DNA of 58,959 nt, filler included. It is 4 parts of 4 records of this genome, joined end to end, with 100 filler letters (N's around TTAATTAATTAA, not from the genome) between each part and the next. Parts side by side here need not be neighbours in the genome. Positions count along the whole stretch, not along the records: positions 12,839 to 42,394 come from DRR723986_8388; positions 42,495 to 49,748 come from DRR723986_8392; positions 49,849 to 58,959 come from DRR723986_8393; 1 more part is not named here. One strand, 5' to 3'. Positions 38,309 through 51,446 of this stretch are shown here, piece by piece; position 1 is the stretch's first letter; each line of letters opens with the position of its first letter. The notes beneath the pieces were generated by a model. It saw nothing but the letters and a program-made list of their open reading frames with translations, was not told where the DNA came from and made no database searches. The position numbers and the translations under genes were made by a program.

Positions 38309-38543
38309 CCGAATATGCAGACCTCAGCAGCTTTCTGCCCAGGTTGGCTGCCGCTGTCGCAAGTGAGTCGTCTGCAGGGCAGGGCACGTTGTAGTTCGTG
38401 CGAAGTCCAGAGTACGGGATGCGTCTACTTCTCGAATGTTGAATCTCCCCTACAGTGTCATGGTGAAATAGGAGATTCGTGGCACAGCTCACTCGGCGTG
38501 GCGCGCGGGCGGTTCTCCGTTCCTTGCGTCATCAAGCCATTCT

Positions 38544-40937
38544 GTGAGTTACCGCGTCGCATCACTGCTGATTCGCTACAGGCACGTTCTGCTCGCTGTC
38601 GCTGCATTGCTTGCGCTGCTAAGCTGGCCAGCGAGCAGGCAGTTACAACTGAGCTGGAACGTCGAATCGATGTTCCCAAGTGGACACCCGCTCGTTGAGT
38701 CGTATCAGCGATTACAAACTCGATTTGGCGGCAATCAAATCGTTTTGGTTGTCTACAGCGATCCGTCCGCTTGGGCCCCTTCCGGCGAAGGCCTTGACCG
38801 CCTTTCGCAAGTATCGGAGCGGATTGCCGCCGTCGACGGGGTTGCCTCAGTGCTTTCACTGGCCGAGGTCGACCAGATCCTGAGAAGCATCTCTGCGCCA
38901 GGCTCCTTCTTTGATCTTGGCCGAAAAGAGCCGCCCGCTCTACTGGACGATGAAAACAGATTAGCCGCGGCCTTCAAAGAAGTTTTCACTGGTTACACAC
39001 ACAGCAGCGACGGCAAGACCTTTGCCCTTGCCTGCATCTTAGATCTGTCGGACGATCCTGATGGTCTGGACACCGGCGAAAACGAAGCAACTTCCAAGAC
39101 AACCAGTAGACAAGGTGAAATCGTAGATCGTCTACGAGACGCTGTGAAGAGCCTTCCGGAGCCAGCGAATTCCGCACTTGTAACCGGCGAGCCCGTCCTG
39201 GTAGCGGACGGCTATCGCATTGTGACTCAGGATGGCTTGCGGTTGCGGATCGCATCAACGATTTTGGTCGTCCTTGTCTTGCTACTGTGTTTTCGATCCA
39301 TTCGATGGACACTGATTCCGCTTGCCGTTGTGCAGTTCTCCATCCTCTTAACCGAGGCAACGTTAGCCTGGCTTGGACTTGAGCTCACCATGATCAGCTC
39401 AACTCTGGCTGCCGTGCTGACCGTCATCGGCGTTGCCACCAGCATGCACATACTCTTGCAGTACCAAAACCGACGCCGATCGGGCGACTCGCGAGAGGTC
39501 GCACTGGAGCGGACCTTCGGCTCACTCCTACCAGCAATTAGCTGGGCGATCCTCACCGACGCAATTGGATTCTCGGCATTGATGTTTGCCAGTGTCGGTC
39601 CGGTGCAAGACTTTGGTCTGATGATGACACTAGGCAGTGCGGCCGTTCTGGTGGCGATACTTTTGCTGACTCCGGGTTTGGCCCTGATCGGGAAGTGGTC
39701 GCCCGATCCGAGCACTCCGCAGATCGATCTCTTGCTGCGCCATCGACTCCGTGCACTTTTCAAACTGCTGGAGCGAAATCGCCTGATTGGTCGAGCGGTC
39801 TTGGCTGTTTTGTTCATAGTAGCGGCAGTAGGCTGCTGGCTAGCGAAACTTGAGACCGACTTCACGAAGAACTTTGCATCCGACAGTGAGATTGTCCGCG
39901 GGTATTCGCTGGTTGAGCAGAAGCTTGGCGGTGCTGGTGTTTGGGACATCATGGTCCCGGCTCCCGACTTGATTTCAAATGCCTACATGAATCGCCTATC
40001 CGAGTTTCAGGAGGAACTCCGCGGGCTTTCCGTTACGAATTCAATTGACCAGTCGGTCCAGCTCAGCAAAGTACTTAGCGTCGTGGATGCTGACCAAGCA
40101 AGCCTGGAGTCGTCGATCGCCGCAGCCTTGCCCGTTGATGCACGCATTCGTGCAATTCGCGCTGCCATGCCGGCCTTCTCCAGTGCGCTTATTTGCTATG
40201 ACGCGGCCGGCGATGGGAACTGGATACGGATCATGCTTCGAAGTCAGGAGCAGGCACCGGCAGACAAGAAACAACAACTGATTGAAAAAGTCCGCGCCGC
40301 GACCAGAAAACTGACCAACGACCCCGCTTTCCAAGAGACGCTTGGCAATCGGTCGACCGGCACCACCAAGAAGCAACCGCGGACCGCAGAAGTTGCTGGC
40401 TATCACGTGATGCTCGGGGAGTTGGTAGCAAGTGTTCTTCGCGACCAGTGGATCTGCTTTTTTGTCGCCGCCTTAGGCATCGCTGGCGTAGTTCGGCTGG
40501 CAACGGGCATGTTTCGATTCGCACTGATTGTCATGATCACCAACATGCTGCCAATCCTGCTCGTGATTGGGAGCATGGGGTGGCTGGGCATGCGAGTCAA
40601 CATGGGGGCGGCGATGATTTCGGCGGTTTCGCTCGGCCTGAGTGTTGATAGTTCGATCCACTATCTGCTCCACTTCAAACGGCGGACTGGCGAGGTGCCA
40701 CCGAAGCGAGCTCTGCTTTCGGCGCAAGAAAATGTGGGCTTGGCAGCCATCCTGGCAACGACTGCACTCATTGCCGGATTCATGAGCATGGCTTCCAGTG
40801 AGTTTGTTCCAACGGTTGTTTTCGGAACCCTTACGAGCCTGACCATGCTCGGCGGTCTAGTAGGAAACCTGGTTGTTCTGCCGCTGCTCTTTCCTGCGTC
40901 CCAGCTTCATAATGGCAAACCTCCTGCGAATGACTAG
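38544..40937 (+). CDS. MMPL/RND-family transporter
   Basis: Two repeats of 1+5 TM; GLSVDSSIH, LTDAIGFSAL, FG motifs. Confidence 0.88.
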   Translation: MSYRVASLLIRYRHVLLAVAALLALLSWPASRQLQLSWNVESMFPSGHPLVESYQRLQTRFGGNQIVLVVYSDPSAWAPSGEGLDRLSQVSERIAAVDGVASVLSLAEVDQILRSISAPGSFFDLGRKEPPALLDDENRLAAAFKEVFTGYTHSSDGKTFALACILDLSDDPDGLDTGENEATSKTTSRQGEIVDRLRDAVKSLPEPANSALVTGEPVLVADGYRIVTQDGLRLRIASTILVVLVLLLCFRSIRWTLIPLAVVQFSILLTEATLAWLGLELTMISSTLAAVLTVIGVATSMHILLQYQNRRRSGDSREVALERTFGSLLPAISWAILTDAIGFSALMFASVGPVQDFGLMMTLGSAAVLVAILLLTPGLALIGKWSPDPSTPQIDLLLRHRLRALFKLLERNRLIGRAVLAVLFIVAAVGCWLAKLETDFTKNFASDSEIVRGYSLVEQKLGGAGVWDIMVPAPDLISNAYMNRLSEFQEELRGLSVTNSIDQSVQLSKVLSVVDADQASLESSIAAALPVDARIRAIRAAMPAFSSALICYDAAGDGNWIRIMLRSQEQAPADKKQQLIEKVRAATRKLTNDPAFQETLGNRSTGTTKKQPRTAEVAGYHVMLGELVASVLRDQWICFFVAALGIAGVVRLATGMFRFALIVMITNMLPILLVIGSMGWLGMRVNMGAAMISAVSLGLSVDSSIHYLLHFKRRTGEVPPKRALLSAQENVGLAAILATTALIAGFMSMASSEFVPTVVFGTLTSLTMLGGLVGNLVVLPLLFPASQLHNGKPPAND

Positions 40938-41162
40938 CCGAGCACGGTGCATCGCTTCAAAGCACGAAAACCAGTCGCACAGCGCAGTCCTTGCAGTACC
41001 GCATGCCATCGCTTGGCGGCAGATGCCTGAGCTGCAATCTCTGATCGACCGTAGTGGCGGGTCGATAGAATTCCAAAGTAGGGTGATTCAGCTACAATGC
41101 TACTTTCCGATCCTGGCCGGCCAGATGCACGATCCTGAGTCCCTTATCGCGAACCGCAATCG

Positions 41163-41747
41163 ATGATACTCGTCTTAGACAACTATGATTCATTCACGTA
41201 CAACCTCGTCCAGAGAATGGGAGAGATTGACCGTGATGTCGACTTAAATGTCGTTCGCAATGATCAGATCACGATTGACGAAATTCGCAGCCTGGCCCCG
41301 TCGCGAATTCTGATTTCGCCAGGCCCATGTTCCCCAGTAGATGCAGGGATCAGTGTGCCGATCGTGGAACAATTCAAAGGCAAGATACCCATCTTGGGCG
41401 TTTGCCTCGGGCACCAATCCATCGGGGAAGCACTCGGTGGCACAATCGTAAGGGCGCCGAAATTAATGCACGGCAAGACAGATTCGATCTCTCACGACAA
41501 CAAGGGCTTTTTCAAGGGCCTGGAAAATCCTTTTACCGCAACTCGATACCACTCTCTGGTAATCGAACCATCTAGCCTGCCCGGCGATCTGGAAGTCAGC
41601 GCTTGGGTAGATGACGAAGACGGCAACCGGCAGATCATGGCTGTCAGAAGCGAAGAACTCCGGTTAGAAGGTTGGCAGTTCCATCCGGAAAGCTTTTTAA
41701 CGGAACCAGGTGTCGAGCTTTTGCGTAGATTCTTGGCGTGGAACTAG
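41163..41747 (+). CDS. Anthranilate/aminodeoxychorismate synthase component II (TrpG/PabA)
   Basis: DNYDSFTYNL, SPGP, GVCLGHQ, RYHSL, QFHPES. Confidence 0.93.
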   Translation: MILVLDNYDSFTYNLVQRMGEIDRDVDLNVVRNDQITIDEIRSLAPSRILISPGPCSPVDAGISVPIVEQFKGKIPILGVCLGHQSIGEALGGTIVRAPKLMHGKTDSISHDNKGFFKGLENPFTATRYHSLVIEPSSLPGDLEVSAWVDDEDGNRQIMAVRSEELRLEGWQFHPESFLTEPGVELLRRFLAWN

Positions 41748-41872
41748 CAACAACTGCTGGCCTTTGCGGTGTGGCTCTAGGTGCAAGAGAGCTTCAAAGC
41801 CACTTTCTCGACCAATCTTGATCGCTGTTACAAATTGTTGGTCAGTAATACTCGAAAACGGATGTCATTTGC

Positions 41873-42394
41873 ATGTTTTGCGTAACGATCGGACGGAGCC
41901 GTCACAAGGCAATGATCGCGGAGTACAAGTTTCTCGGCGAACAAGGTGCTGATCTCGTTGAAATGCGACTGGATTACATTGGCCGCAGTATCGACTTGCG
42001 ACGCTTGCTGGCCGAACGCCACACGCCCGTCGTCATTACGTGCCGTCGAGCGGAAGATGGCGGACGTTGGAAGAAATCCGAAGACGAACGAGTCATGATC
42101 CTGCGCAGCGCAATTGCTGCTGGAGTGGACTACGTCGATCTAGAGGAAGATGTCGCACCAGAAATACCGCGGTACGGTTCAACAAAGCGAATCGTTAGCC
42201 TGCATAACTTCGAACACACCCCGGAGAACCTGGACGAGATTCACGCTCGGTTAGCATCGCACGATGCCGACGTGGTTAAAATCGCGACCATGGCTAATTC
42301 GTTCGCTGATTGCATCCGCATGATGCGACTTGTAAAGTCAGCATCTGTACCGACGATTGGCATCTGCATGGGCGACATTGGAACGATCACTCGC
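41873..42394 (+). CDS. aroD: Type I 3-dehydroquinate dehydratase, truncated by the gap (possibly the N-terminus of an AroD-AroE fusion)
   Basis: EMRLD, TCRR..DGG, VDLE, SLHNF..TP, KIA, CMG. Confidence 0.85.
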
Positions 42395-42494
42395 NNNNNN
42401 NNNNNNNNNNNNNNNNNNNNNNNNNNNNNNNNNNNNNNTTAATTAATTAANNNNNNNNNNNNNNNNNNNNNNNNNNNNNNNNNNNNNNNNNNNN
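42395..42494. other. Artificial contig spacer
   Basis: N-run, TTAATTAATTAA, N-run. Confidence 0.97.
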
Positions 42495-42495
42495 G

Positions 42496-42639
42496 GTTTC
42501 CCCATATATGAACGCTGATCGAAAAATCGTTGGTGCGGTGGGTGTCATTGGCCCAACGCGCCTGAATTATGGAAGGATTGTGCCGATTGTTGATTACACG
42601 GCACAGCTGGTCGGGCGGCTAATCTCCGACCGGGGGTAG
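42496..42639 (+). CDS. hrcA: 3' end of heat-inducible transcription repressor HrcA (missing from the ORF track)
   Basis: Manual translation VSPYMNADRKIVGAVGVIGPTRLNYGRIVPIVDYTAQLVGRLISDRG*; directly upstream of grpE. Confidence 0.92.
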   Translation, partial: VSPYMNADRKIVGAVGVIGPTRLNYGRIVPIVDYTAQLVGRLISDRG

Positions 42640-42648
42640 AGGTGAACT

Positions 42649-43212
42649 ATGGCAGAGCCAAAGAACGAAGATTTTCTTGACGATATTGAACAGGCCGAAG
42701 CCGAAGAGTTGGCGCAGGAATTGTCTGACATTACCGACGAACAGGCCGAGGTGGATTCGCTGCGCGCCGAGCGTGACGAATACCGCGATAAATTCATGCG
42801 TGCCTTGGCCGATGCAGAAAATACGCGCAAGCGGGGGGAAAAGGCCCGCCGCGAGGCTGAACAATACGGCGGCTCGAAACTGGCGCGCGATATGTTGCCG
42901 GTTTACGATAACCTAAAGCGTGCGCTCGAGGCTGCCACCGATGAACAGCGCGCGGCATTTGGCCCGCTGATCGAAGGTGTCGAGCTGACATTGCGCGAAC
43001 TGACCAATGTGTTTGGCAAACACGGCATTCAGGTGATTTCGCCGCAGGTGGGCGATGCCTTTGACCCGCAGGTGCACCAAGCCATGTTCGAGGCCCCCGT
43101 TCCCGGCACCAAGGCAGGCGATATCATTCAGGTATCGACCGAGGGTTTCATGCTGTTTGACCGCCTGCTGCGCCCGGCGCAGGTGGGTGTATCATCAACG
43201 CCAGCCAGCTAA
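42649..43212 (+). CDS. grpE: Nucleotide exchange factor GrpE
   Basis: RALADAENTRKR, DNLKRAL, FDPQVHQAM, RLLRPAQV. Confidence 0.96.
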   Translation: MAEPKNEDFLDDIEQAEAEELAQELSDITDEQAEVDSLRAERDEYRDKFMRALADAENTRKRGEKARREAEQYGGSKLARDMLPVYDNLKRALEAATDEQRAAFGPLIEGVELTLRELTNVFGKHGIQVISPQVGDAFDPQVHQAMFEAPVPGTKAGDIIQVSTEGFMLFDRLLRPAQVGVSSTPAS

Positions 43213-43232
43213 TCGGCGCGGCGCGTTTCGTG

Positions 43233-43256
43233 TAAGGGCGGGTTTTCCCGCCCTTA
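43233..43256. terminator. Hairpin between convergent grpE and mutS
   Basis: TAAGGGCGGG-TTTT-CCCGCCCTTA, perfect 10-bp stem. Confidence 0.65.
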
Positions 43257-45884
43257 TTTATTTTGCAGCGCCTTTAATTCGTAAAGCGCGGCCAAGGCCT
43301 CGCGCGGGGTTAGATCGTCGGGGTGAATATCGGCCAAATGCTGCTCTAGCGGCGTTGGGCCTGCGGGTGCGGCGGGTTGCGCTGCGGGCACCGCGGCAAA
43401 CAGCGGCAAATCATCGATCAGCGCCTTGGGTTTGGTGGCGCCTTCGCGCTCGCCCTTTTCCAGCGCGTCCAGCACCACGCGCGCGCGGGCAACAACGCTG
43501 GCGGGCAGGCCCGCCAATTTGGCAACCTGCACACCATAGCTGCGGTCTGCCGCGCCTTTGCGCACCTCGTGCAGGAAAATCACATCGCCTTGGTATTCGC
43601 GCACAGCCACGGTTGCGTTGTCTACGCGGGCCAATTTGCCGGCCAGCGCTGTTAGCTCGTGGTAATGGGTGGCAAACAGCGCGCGGCACTGGTTTGTTTC
43701 ATGCAAATGTTCCAGCGTGGCCCACGCGATAGACAGGCCATCATAGGTGGCGGTGCCGCGGCCGATTTCGTCTAAAATCACCAGCGCTTGTGCATCGGCC
43801 TGGTTCAGAATGGCGGCTGTTTCCACCATTTCCACCATAAAGGTCGAACGCCCGCGCGCCAGATCATCGGATGCACCCACGCGGCTAAACAATTGGCTGA
43901 CCATGCCAATATGCGCCGATGCCGCCGGCACGAAACTGCCCATTTGCGCCAATAGCGCAATCAGGGCGTTTTGGCGCAGAAAGGTTGATTTACCGGCCAT
44001 GTTGGGGCCTGTCAGCAGCCAGATATCGGCCTCTTTGCCCAGGCTGCAATCATTGGCCACAAAACTGGCGCCATTTTGTTTGCGCAGGCTTTGTTCCACC
44101 ACCGGGTGCCGCCCGCCATGGATCACCAAGGCGCGGCTGTTATCCACCTGTGGCCTGCACCAGTTTTCACCGCGTGCCAGATCGGCCAGGGCGCTATTTA
44201 CATCCACCTCGGCCAAGGCGCGTGCAGTGGCCAGAATGGGGGCGGCCTGGGCCAAAACATCGTCTCTAATGGCCGCATAGAGACGCTTTTCAATATCAAT
44301 TGCCCGCCCACCCGCATTCAAAATACGGGTTTCCATTTCCGACAGATCCGGCGTGGTAAAGCGCAGCTGGTTGGCTGTGGTTTGGCGGTGTTTAAAGGTG
44401 TCGTTCAACGGCGCGCCCAGCATTTTATCGGCATGGGTTGCTGTCACCTCGATAAAATAGCCCAGCACGTTGTTATGCTTGATCTTCAGGCTTTGGATGC
44501 CGGTCAGCTCTTGGTATTCTGCCTGCATGGCCGCGATCACACCGCGCCCTTCGTCGCGCAGGCGGCGCATTTCATCTAGTTCCGCATCATAGCCTGGGGC
44601 AATAAACCCGCCATCGCGCACCAGCAAAGGTGGTTCATCAACCAGTGCGGTATTTAGCAGGGCAAGCAGCGTATCGTGACCCAAAAGGGCGGTTTTGGCA
44701 CTGTCTAGCTGTGTGCCCATATCGCTGGGCAGCATATCGTGGATCAGCTGTGCTTGGCGCAATGCGGCACGAATACTGGCCAAATCGCGCGGGCCGCCAC
44801 GATCGAGGCTTTGGCGCGACATTGCCCTGTCGATATCGGGCACTTTGCGCAAGGCGTCGCGCAGCTGGGCGCCCAAGCGCGATTGACCGGCCAGAAATGC
44901 CACCGCATCTAGCCGCGCCTGAACGGTGGCCAAATCGCGGCTGGGGGCGGAAAGCCGCCGCTCTAACAGGCGCGCGCCGCCGGCGGTAACGGTGCGATCG
45001 ATCGCCGCCAATAACGAGCCTGCGCGCCCACCAGCCAGCGCCTGGGTGATTTCCAGATTACGCCTTGTTGCGGCATCGATCTGCACAAGGCTGGCCACGG
45101 CCTCGCGCAGGGGGGGGCGCAGCAGCGGCAATTGGCCTTTTTGGGTAATTTCCAGATATTCCACCAGCGCACCCATCGCCGCAATTTCGGCGCGCTCGAA
45201 CTGGCCATAGGCCTGCAGCGAGGCCACGCCAAACACCGCGCAAAGCCGCTTTTGCGCGCCTTGGCTGTCGAAGGCAGATTTGCCCAGCGGGGTAACTGAA
45301 ATGCCAAAATCCTGTGCGATTTCGCGCATTTCGCCCTCGATCGTGTCGGGCACCAGCAGCTCGGATGGCATCAAACGTGCCAATTCAGGGCCCAGTTTTA
45401 CGCCGGGCAGGGGCATAACGTGAAACTCGCCGGTCGATATATCGGCCCAAGCCAATGCACTGTCGTCGCGCACCACCACGAAACTGGCCAGAAAGTTATT
45501 TCGCCGCGCCTCTAGCAAGGCATCTTCGGTAAGGGTGCCGGGCGTCACCAGCCGCACCACATCGCGCCGCACCACCGATTTAGAGCCGCGTTTCTTGGCT
45601 TCGGCGGGGTCTTCCATTTGCTCGCATACCGCTACGCGAAACCCGCTGCGAATGAGGGTTAGCAAATACCCTTCGGCGGCATGCACGGGCACGCCACACA
45701 TGGGAATATCCTGGCCCAGATGCTGGCCGCGTTTGGTCAGCGCAATATCCAGCGCCTGCGCTGCGGCAACAGCATCATCGAAGAACATTTCGTAAAAGTC
45801 GCCCATCCGGTAAAACAGCAGCGCCTGCGGGTATTGCGCCTTGATTTCCAGATATTGCGCCATCATTGGCGTGACAGTTGACAA
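43254..45884 (-). CDS. mutS: DNA mismatch repair protein MutS
   Basis: [41 protein letters not shown]. Confidence 0.98.
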   Translation of the reverse strand: MSTVTPMMAQYLEIKAQYPQALLFYRMGDFYEMFFDDAVAAAQALDIALTKRGQHLGQDIPMCGVPVHAAEGYLLTLIRSGFRVAVCEQMEDPAEAKKRGSKSVVRRDVVRLVTPGTLTEDALLEARRNNFLASFVVVRDDSALAWADISTGEFHVMPLPGVKLGPELARLMPSELLVPDTIEGEMREIAQDFGISVTPLGKSAFDSQGAQKRLCAVFGVASLQAYGQFERAEIAAMGALVEYLEITQKGQLPLLRPPLREAVASLVQIDAATRRNLEITQALAGGRAGSLLAAIDRTVTAGGARLLERRLSAPSRDLATVQARLDAVAFLAGQSRLGAQLRDALRKVPDIDRAMSRQSLDRGGPRDLASIRAALRQAQLIHDMLPSDMGTQLDSAKTALLGHDTLLALLNTALVDEPPLLVRDGGFIAPGYDAELDEMRRLRDEGRGVIAAMQAEYQELTGIQSLKIKHNNVLGYFIEVTATHADKMLGAPLNDTFKHRQTTANQLRFTTPDLSEMETRILNAGGRAIDIEKRLYAAIRDDVLAQAAPILATARALAEVDVNSALADLARGENWCRPQVDNSRALVIHGGRHPVVEQSLRKQNGASFVANDCSLGKEADIWLLTGPNMAGKSTFLRQNALIALLAQMGSFVPAASAHIGMVSQLFSRVGASDDLARGRSTFMVEMVETAAILNQADAQALVILDEIGRGTATYDGLSIAWATLEHLHETNQCRALFATHYHELTALAGKLARVDNATVAVREYQGDVIFLHEVRKGAADRSYGVQVAKLAGLPASVVARARVVLDALEKGEREGATKPKALIDDLPLFAAVPAAQPAAPAGPTPLEQHLADIHPDDLTPREALAALYELKALQNK

Positions 45885-46017
45885 AACGTAACCCCCCGGA
45901 AGTTTTGCTGAACCTTACAAATCTGTGGCTTTGTCTGAAAGGGCGAAAAGCGGAAAGGTTGAGGCAGGCGCATTCGCACTGTAAGAGGCTCTTACCCCTC
46001 AGCTTACAGGCGAACGA

Positions 46018-48273
46018 ATGTCGAAAACCAGAATCACCCGCGAAGAAGCCCTTGCTTTCCATCTCGAGCCAACCCCAGGCAAATGGGAGGTTAACGCCAC
46101 AGTGCCCATGACCACCCAGCGCGATCTGTCGCTGGCCTATTCACCAGGCGTGGCCGTGCCCTGCGAGGAAATCGCGGAAAACCCCGGTTTGGCCTATGAT
46201 TACACCAACAAAGGCAATCTGGTTGCGGTTATTTCCAATGGCACCGCTGTGTTGGGCCTGGGCAATTTGGGCGCGCTGGGCTCGAAACCGGTGATGGAGG
46301 GCAAGGCCGTGCTGTTCAAGCGCTTTGCCGATGTAAATTCCATCGATATCGAGCTGGATACCGAAGACGTAGATGCATTTTGCAACGCTGTGCGCCTGAT
46401 GGGCCCCACCTTTGGCGGGATCAACCTGGAAGATATCAAGGCGCCAGAATGTTTCATCATCGAACAGCGCCTGAAAGAGGAAATGGATATTCCCGTTTTC
46501 CACGACGATCAGCACGGCACCGCCGTGATCTGTGCGGCGGGGCTGATTAACGCGCTGCATATTTCGGGCAAGAAAATCGAAGATGTGAAAATTGTGCTGA
46601 ACGGCGCGGGTGCGGCGGGTATTGCCTGTATCGAGCTGCTAAAGCGCATGGGCGCGCGGCATGAAAACTGCGTTATCTGCGATACCAAGGGCGTGGTTTA
46701 TCAGGGCCGCACCGAGGGGATGAACCAATGGAAATCGGCCCATGCCATCAAAACCGATCTGCGCAGCCTGGAAGATGCCATGCGCGGCGCAGATGTGTTT
46801 TTGGGCGTTTCTGCCAAGGGTGCGGTTACACAGGATATGGTACTGTCGATGGCCGATAACCCGGTTATTTTCGCCATGGCCAACCCCGACCCTGAAATAA
46901 CCCCCGAAGAGGCGCATGAAGTGCGCCAAGATGCCATTGTGGCAACGGGCCGTTCCGATTACCCAAACCAGGTGAACAACGTTTTGGGCTTTCCCTATTT
47001 GTTCCGTGGGGCGCTGGATATTCACGCGCGCGCCATCAATGACGAGATGAAAATTGCCTGTGCCGAAGCCTTGGCAGAACTGGCCCGTGAAGATGTGCCA
47101 GACGAGGTTGCCATGGCCTATGGCCGCAAGCTGACCTTTGGGCGCGATTACATCATTCCCACCCCGTTTGACCCGCGGTTGATTTATCGCATTCCGCCCG
47201 CAGTGGCCAAGGCTGGCATGGCCACGGGTGCCGCGCGCCGCCCGATTATCGATATCGACGCCTATGAAATCAGCCTAAAGGCGCGGATGGATCCAACCGC
47301 CTCTATCTTGCGGGGCATTCACGCCCGCGCCCGCAATGCGCAGGCCCGCATGATCTTTGCCGAGGGCGATGATCTACGTGTGTTGCGTGCAGCGGTGCAA
47401 TATCAGCGGTCGGGCTTTGGCAAGGCGCTGATTGTCGGCCGCGAGGGCGACGTGCGCGAAAAGCTAGAGGCGGCAGGCATGGGCGATGCTGTGCGCGAGC
47501 TCGAGGTGGTAAACGCCGCCAATACCCGCCACTTAAGTGCCTACAAAGATTTTCTATACGAACGCCTGCAGCGCAAGGGCTATGACAAACACGACATTCA
47601 CCGCCTGGCTGCGCGTGATCGGCACGTGTTTTCGGCCCTGATGCTGGCCCATGGCCATGGCGATGGTATGATCACCGGCGCCACGCGCAAATCGGCCCAT
47701 GTGATGGAGCTGATCAACCATGTGTTTGACGCCGATGCCAACCATGGCGCCGCTGGTGTGACTGCGATTTTGCACAAAGGCAAAATTGTGCTGATCTCGG
47801 ATACTTTGGTGCACGAATGGCCCGACGAGGAAGATCTGGCCAATATCGCCTGCCGTTCGGCCGATGTGGCGCGCCACTTTGGGCTAGAGCCGCGCGTTGC
47901 GTTTGTTTCTTTCTCTACCTTTGGGTATCCGCGCTCGGAGCGGGCCGAGAAAATGCAGCTTGCGCCCAAGGTTTTGGAACAGCGTGGCGTTGATTTCGAA
48001 TTCGAGGGCGAGATGACGGTGGATGTGGCGCTAAATGCCAAAGCAGCCGCCGCTTACCCATTCCAGCGCCTCACAGGGCCTGCCAATATCTTGGTAGTGC
48101 CGGCGCGGCACTCGGCCTCGATCTCGGTGAAGCTGATGCAGGAAATGGCGGGTGCAACGGTGATTGGGCCTATTCTGTCTGGTGTTGATAAATCGATCCA
48201 GATTTGCTCGTCAAACTCGACCGCGACCGATATTTTGAACATGGCTGTTTTGGCCTCGTGCAAGGTGGGCTAG
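46018..48273 (+). CDS. maeB: NAD(P)-dependent malic enzyme with PTA-like C-terminal domain
   Basis: LAYSPGVA, KPVMEGK, NLEDI, FHDDQHGT, GAGAAG, TGRSDYPNQVNN. Confidence 0.95.
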   Translation: MSKTRITREEALAFHLEPTPGKWEVNATVPMTTQRDLSLAYSPGVAVPCEEIAENPGLAYDYTNKGNLVAVISNGTAVLGLGNLGALGSKPVMEGKAVLFKRFADVNSIDIELDTEDVDAFCNAVRLMGPTFGGINLEDIKAPECFIIEQRLKEEMDIPVFHDDQHGTAVICAAGLINALHISGKKIEDVKIVLNGAGAAGIACIELLKRMGARHENCVICDTKGVVYQGRTEGMNQWKSAHAIKTDLRSLEDAMRGADVFLGVSAKGAVTQDMVLSMADNPVIFAMANPDPEITPEEAHEVRQDAIVATGRSDYPNQVNNVLGFPYLFRGALDIHARAINDEMKIACAEALAELAREDVPDEVAMAYGRKLTFGRDYIIPTPFDPRLIYRIPPAVAKAGMATGAARRPIIDIDAYEISLKARMDPTASILRGIHARARNAQARMIFAEGDDLRVLRAAVQYQRSGFGKALIVGREGDVREKLEAAGMGDAVRELEVVNAANTRHLSAYKDFLYERLQRKGYDKHDIHRLAARDRHVFSALMLAHGHGDGMITGATRKSAHVMELINHVFDADANHGAAGVTAILHKGKIVLISDTLVHEWPDEEDLANIACRSADVARHFGLEPRVAFVSFSTFGYPRSERAEKMQLAPKVLEQRGVDFEFEGEMTVDVALNAKAAAAYPFQRLTGPANILVVPARHSASISVKLMQEMAGATVIGPILSGVDKSIQICSSNSTATDILNMAVLASCKVG

Positions 48274-48300
48274 GCCAGCGGCAAAAACTGGGGGTGCGGC

Positions 48301-49170
48301 ATGACAGTGTATAACCTGGGCTCGATCAACGCAGACCATGTTTATGCGGTGCCGCACCTGCCGGTTGCGGGTGAAACGCTGGCCGCCACCGCATTGCAGC
48401 GCGGATTGGGGGGCAAGGGTGCCAACCAATCGGTTGCCATGGCGCAGGCCGGTGCAAAAGTGGTGCATATGGGCGCTATTGGCGCCGATGGTGCATGGGC
48501 CACAGAGCGGCTGCAGCAGCTGGGCGTTGATTGCAGCGCAGTTGCCACGGTTGCCACGCCAACGGGCCATGCCATTGTGTGCGTAGACCCTGGCGGCGAA
48601 AACCAGATTGTGCTGTTTCCCGGGGCAAACCGTACCCTGCCTGACCAGGTGTTAGCCCCTTTACAGCACTGTGGGGCCGGCGATTGGCTGGTTTTGCAAA
48701 ACGAAACCAACCTGCAATGCAAAGCAGCCCAGATCGCCCGCCAAAGGGGCGCGCGCGTGGCCTATTCGGCGGCGCCTTTCACGGTAGAGGCCGTGCAAAA
48801 CATGCTGGGCCTGTGCGATATGATCATTATGAACGCAGGCGAGGCCGCACAGCTGAGCCGCGCGCTGGGCTGTGATATGGGCCAACTGCCCGTGCCGGTG
48901 GTGGTGGTAACCCGCGGCGCCGAGGGGGCCGATTGGCACGATACGCGCAATGCGCAACAGATCAGCGTGCCGGCCCATAAGGTGCAGCCCATTGATACAA
49001 CCGGTGCTGGCGATACGTTTGCCGGGTTTTTGATTGCCGCTTTGCACGCAGGCGCCAGTGCCACCGCCGCCCTGCAGCTGGCCAGTGCCGCCGCCGCGCT
49101 GAAAGTTACCCGCCCGGGCACCGCCGATGCCATACCCAGCATGGCCCAGGTGCAGGCCTTTATGGCATGA
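48301..49170 (+). CDS. rbsK: Ribokinase (PfkB family)
   Basis: GSINAD, GGKGANQ, LQNE, DTTGAGDTF. Confidence 0.85.
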   Translation: MTVYNLGSINADHVYAVPHLPVAGETLAATALQRGLGGKGANQSVAMAQAGAKVVHMGAIGADGAWATERLQQLGVDCSAVATVATPTGHAIVCVDPGGENQIVLFPGANRTLPDQVLAPLQHCGAGDWLVLQNETNLQCKAAQIARQRGARVAYSAAPFTVEAVQNMLGLCDMIIMNAGEAAQLSRALGCDMGQLPVPVVVVTRGAEGADWHDTRNAQQISVPAHKVQPIDTTGAGDTFAGFLIAALHAGASATAALQLASAAAALKVTRPGTADAIPSMAQVQAFMA

Positions 49171-49172
49171 AA

Positions 49173-49200
49173 AAACCGCCCACCACGGGGTGGGCGGTTT
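49173..49200. terminator. Bidirectional intrinsic terminator
   Basis: AAACCGCCCACC-acgg-GGTGGGCGGTTT between convergent genes. Confidence 0.85.
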
Positions 49201-49217
49201 GATTTAGGGCCAGTGCC

Positions 49218-49748
<531 letters not shown>

Positions 49749-49848
49749 NNNNNNNNNNNNNNNNNNNNNNNNNNNNNNNNNNNNNNNNNNNNTTAATTAA
49801 TTAANNNNNNNNNNNNNNNNNNNNNNNNNNNNNNNNNNNNNNNNNNNN
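49749..49848. other. Artificial contig spacer
   Basis: N-run, TTAATTAATTAA, N-run. Confidence 0.97.
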
Positions 49849-51284
<1,436 letters not shown>

Positions 51285-51409
51285 GGTCTTTCGATACGCC
51301 ACACGCCCCCCTGCGCCAATCCCCCAACCCGCCCACGGCGCGGTAAATGAGTTGCACACCCAGCCTTTCCCCCCCTACACATCTTGAAAATGCACGACAC
51401 AACCCACAA

Positions 51410-51427
51410 GTGTATACCATTGTACAC
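51410..51427. promoter_or_regulatory. Imperfect palindrome GTGTATACCATTGTACAC in a divergent promoter region
   Basis: GTGTA..TACAC symmetry just upstream of the SPFH gene RBS (AGGAG). Confidence 0.35.
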
Positions 51428-51446
51428 AACACGTTAGGAGCCCCCC

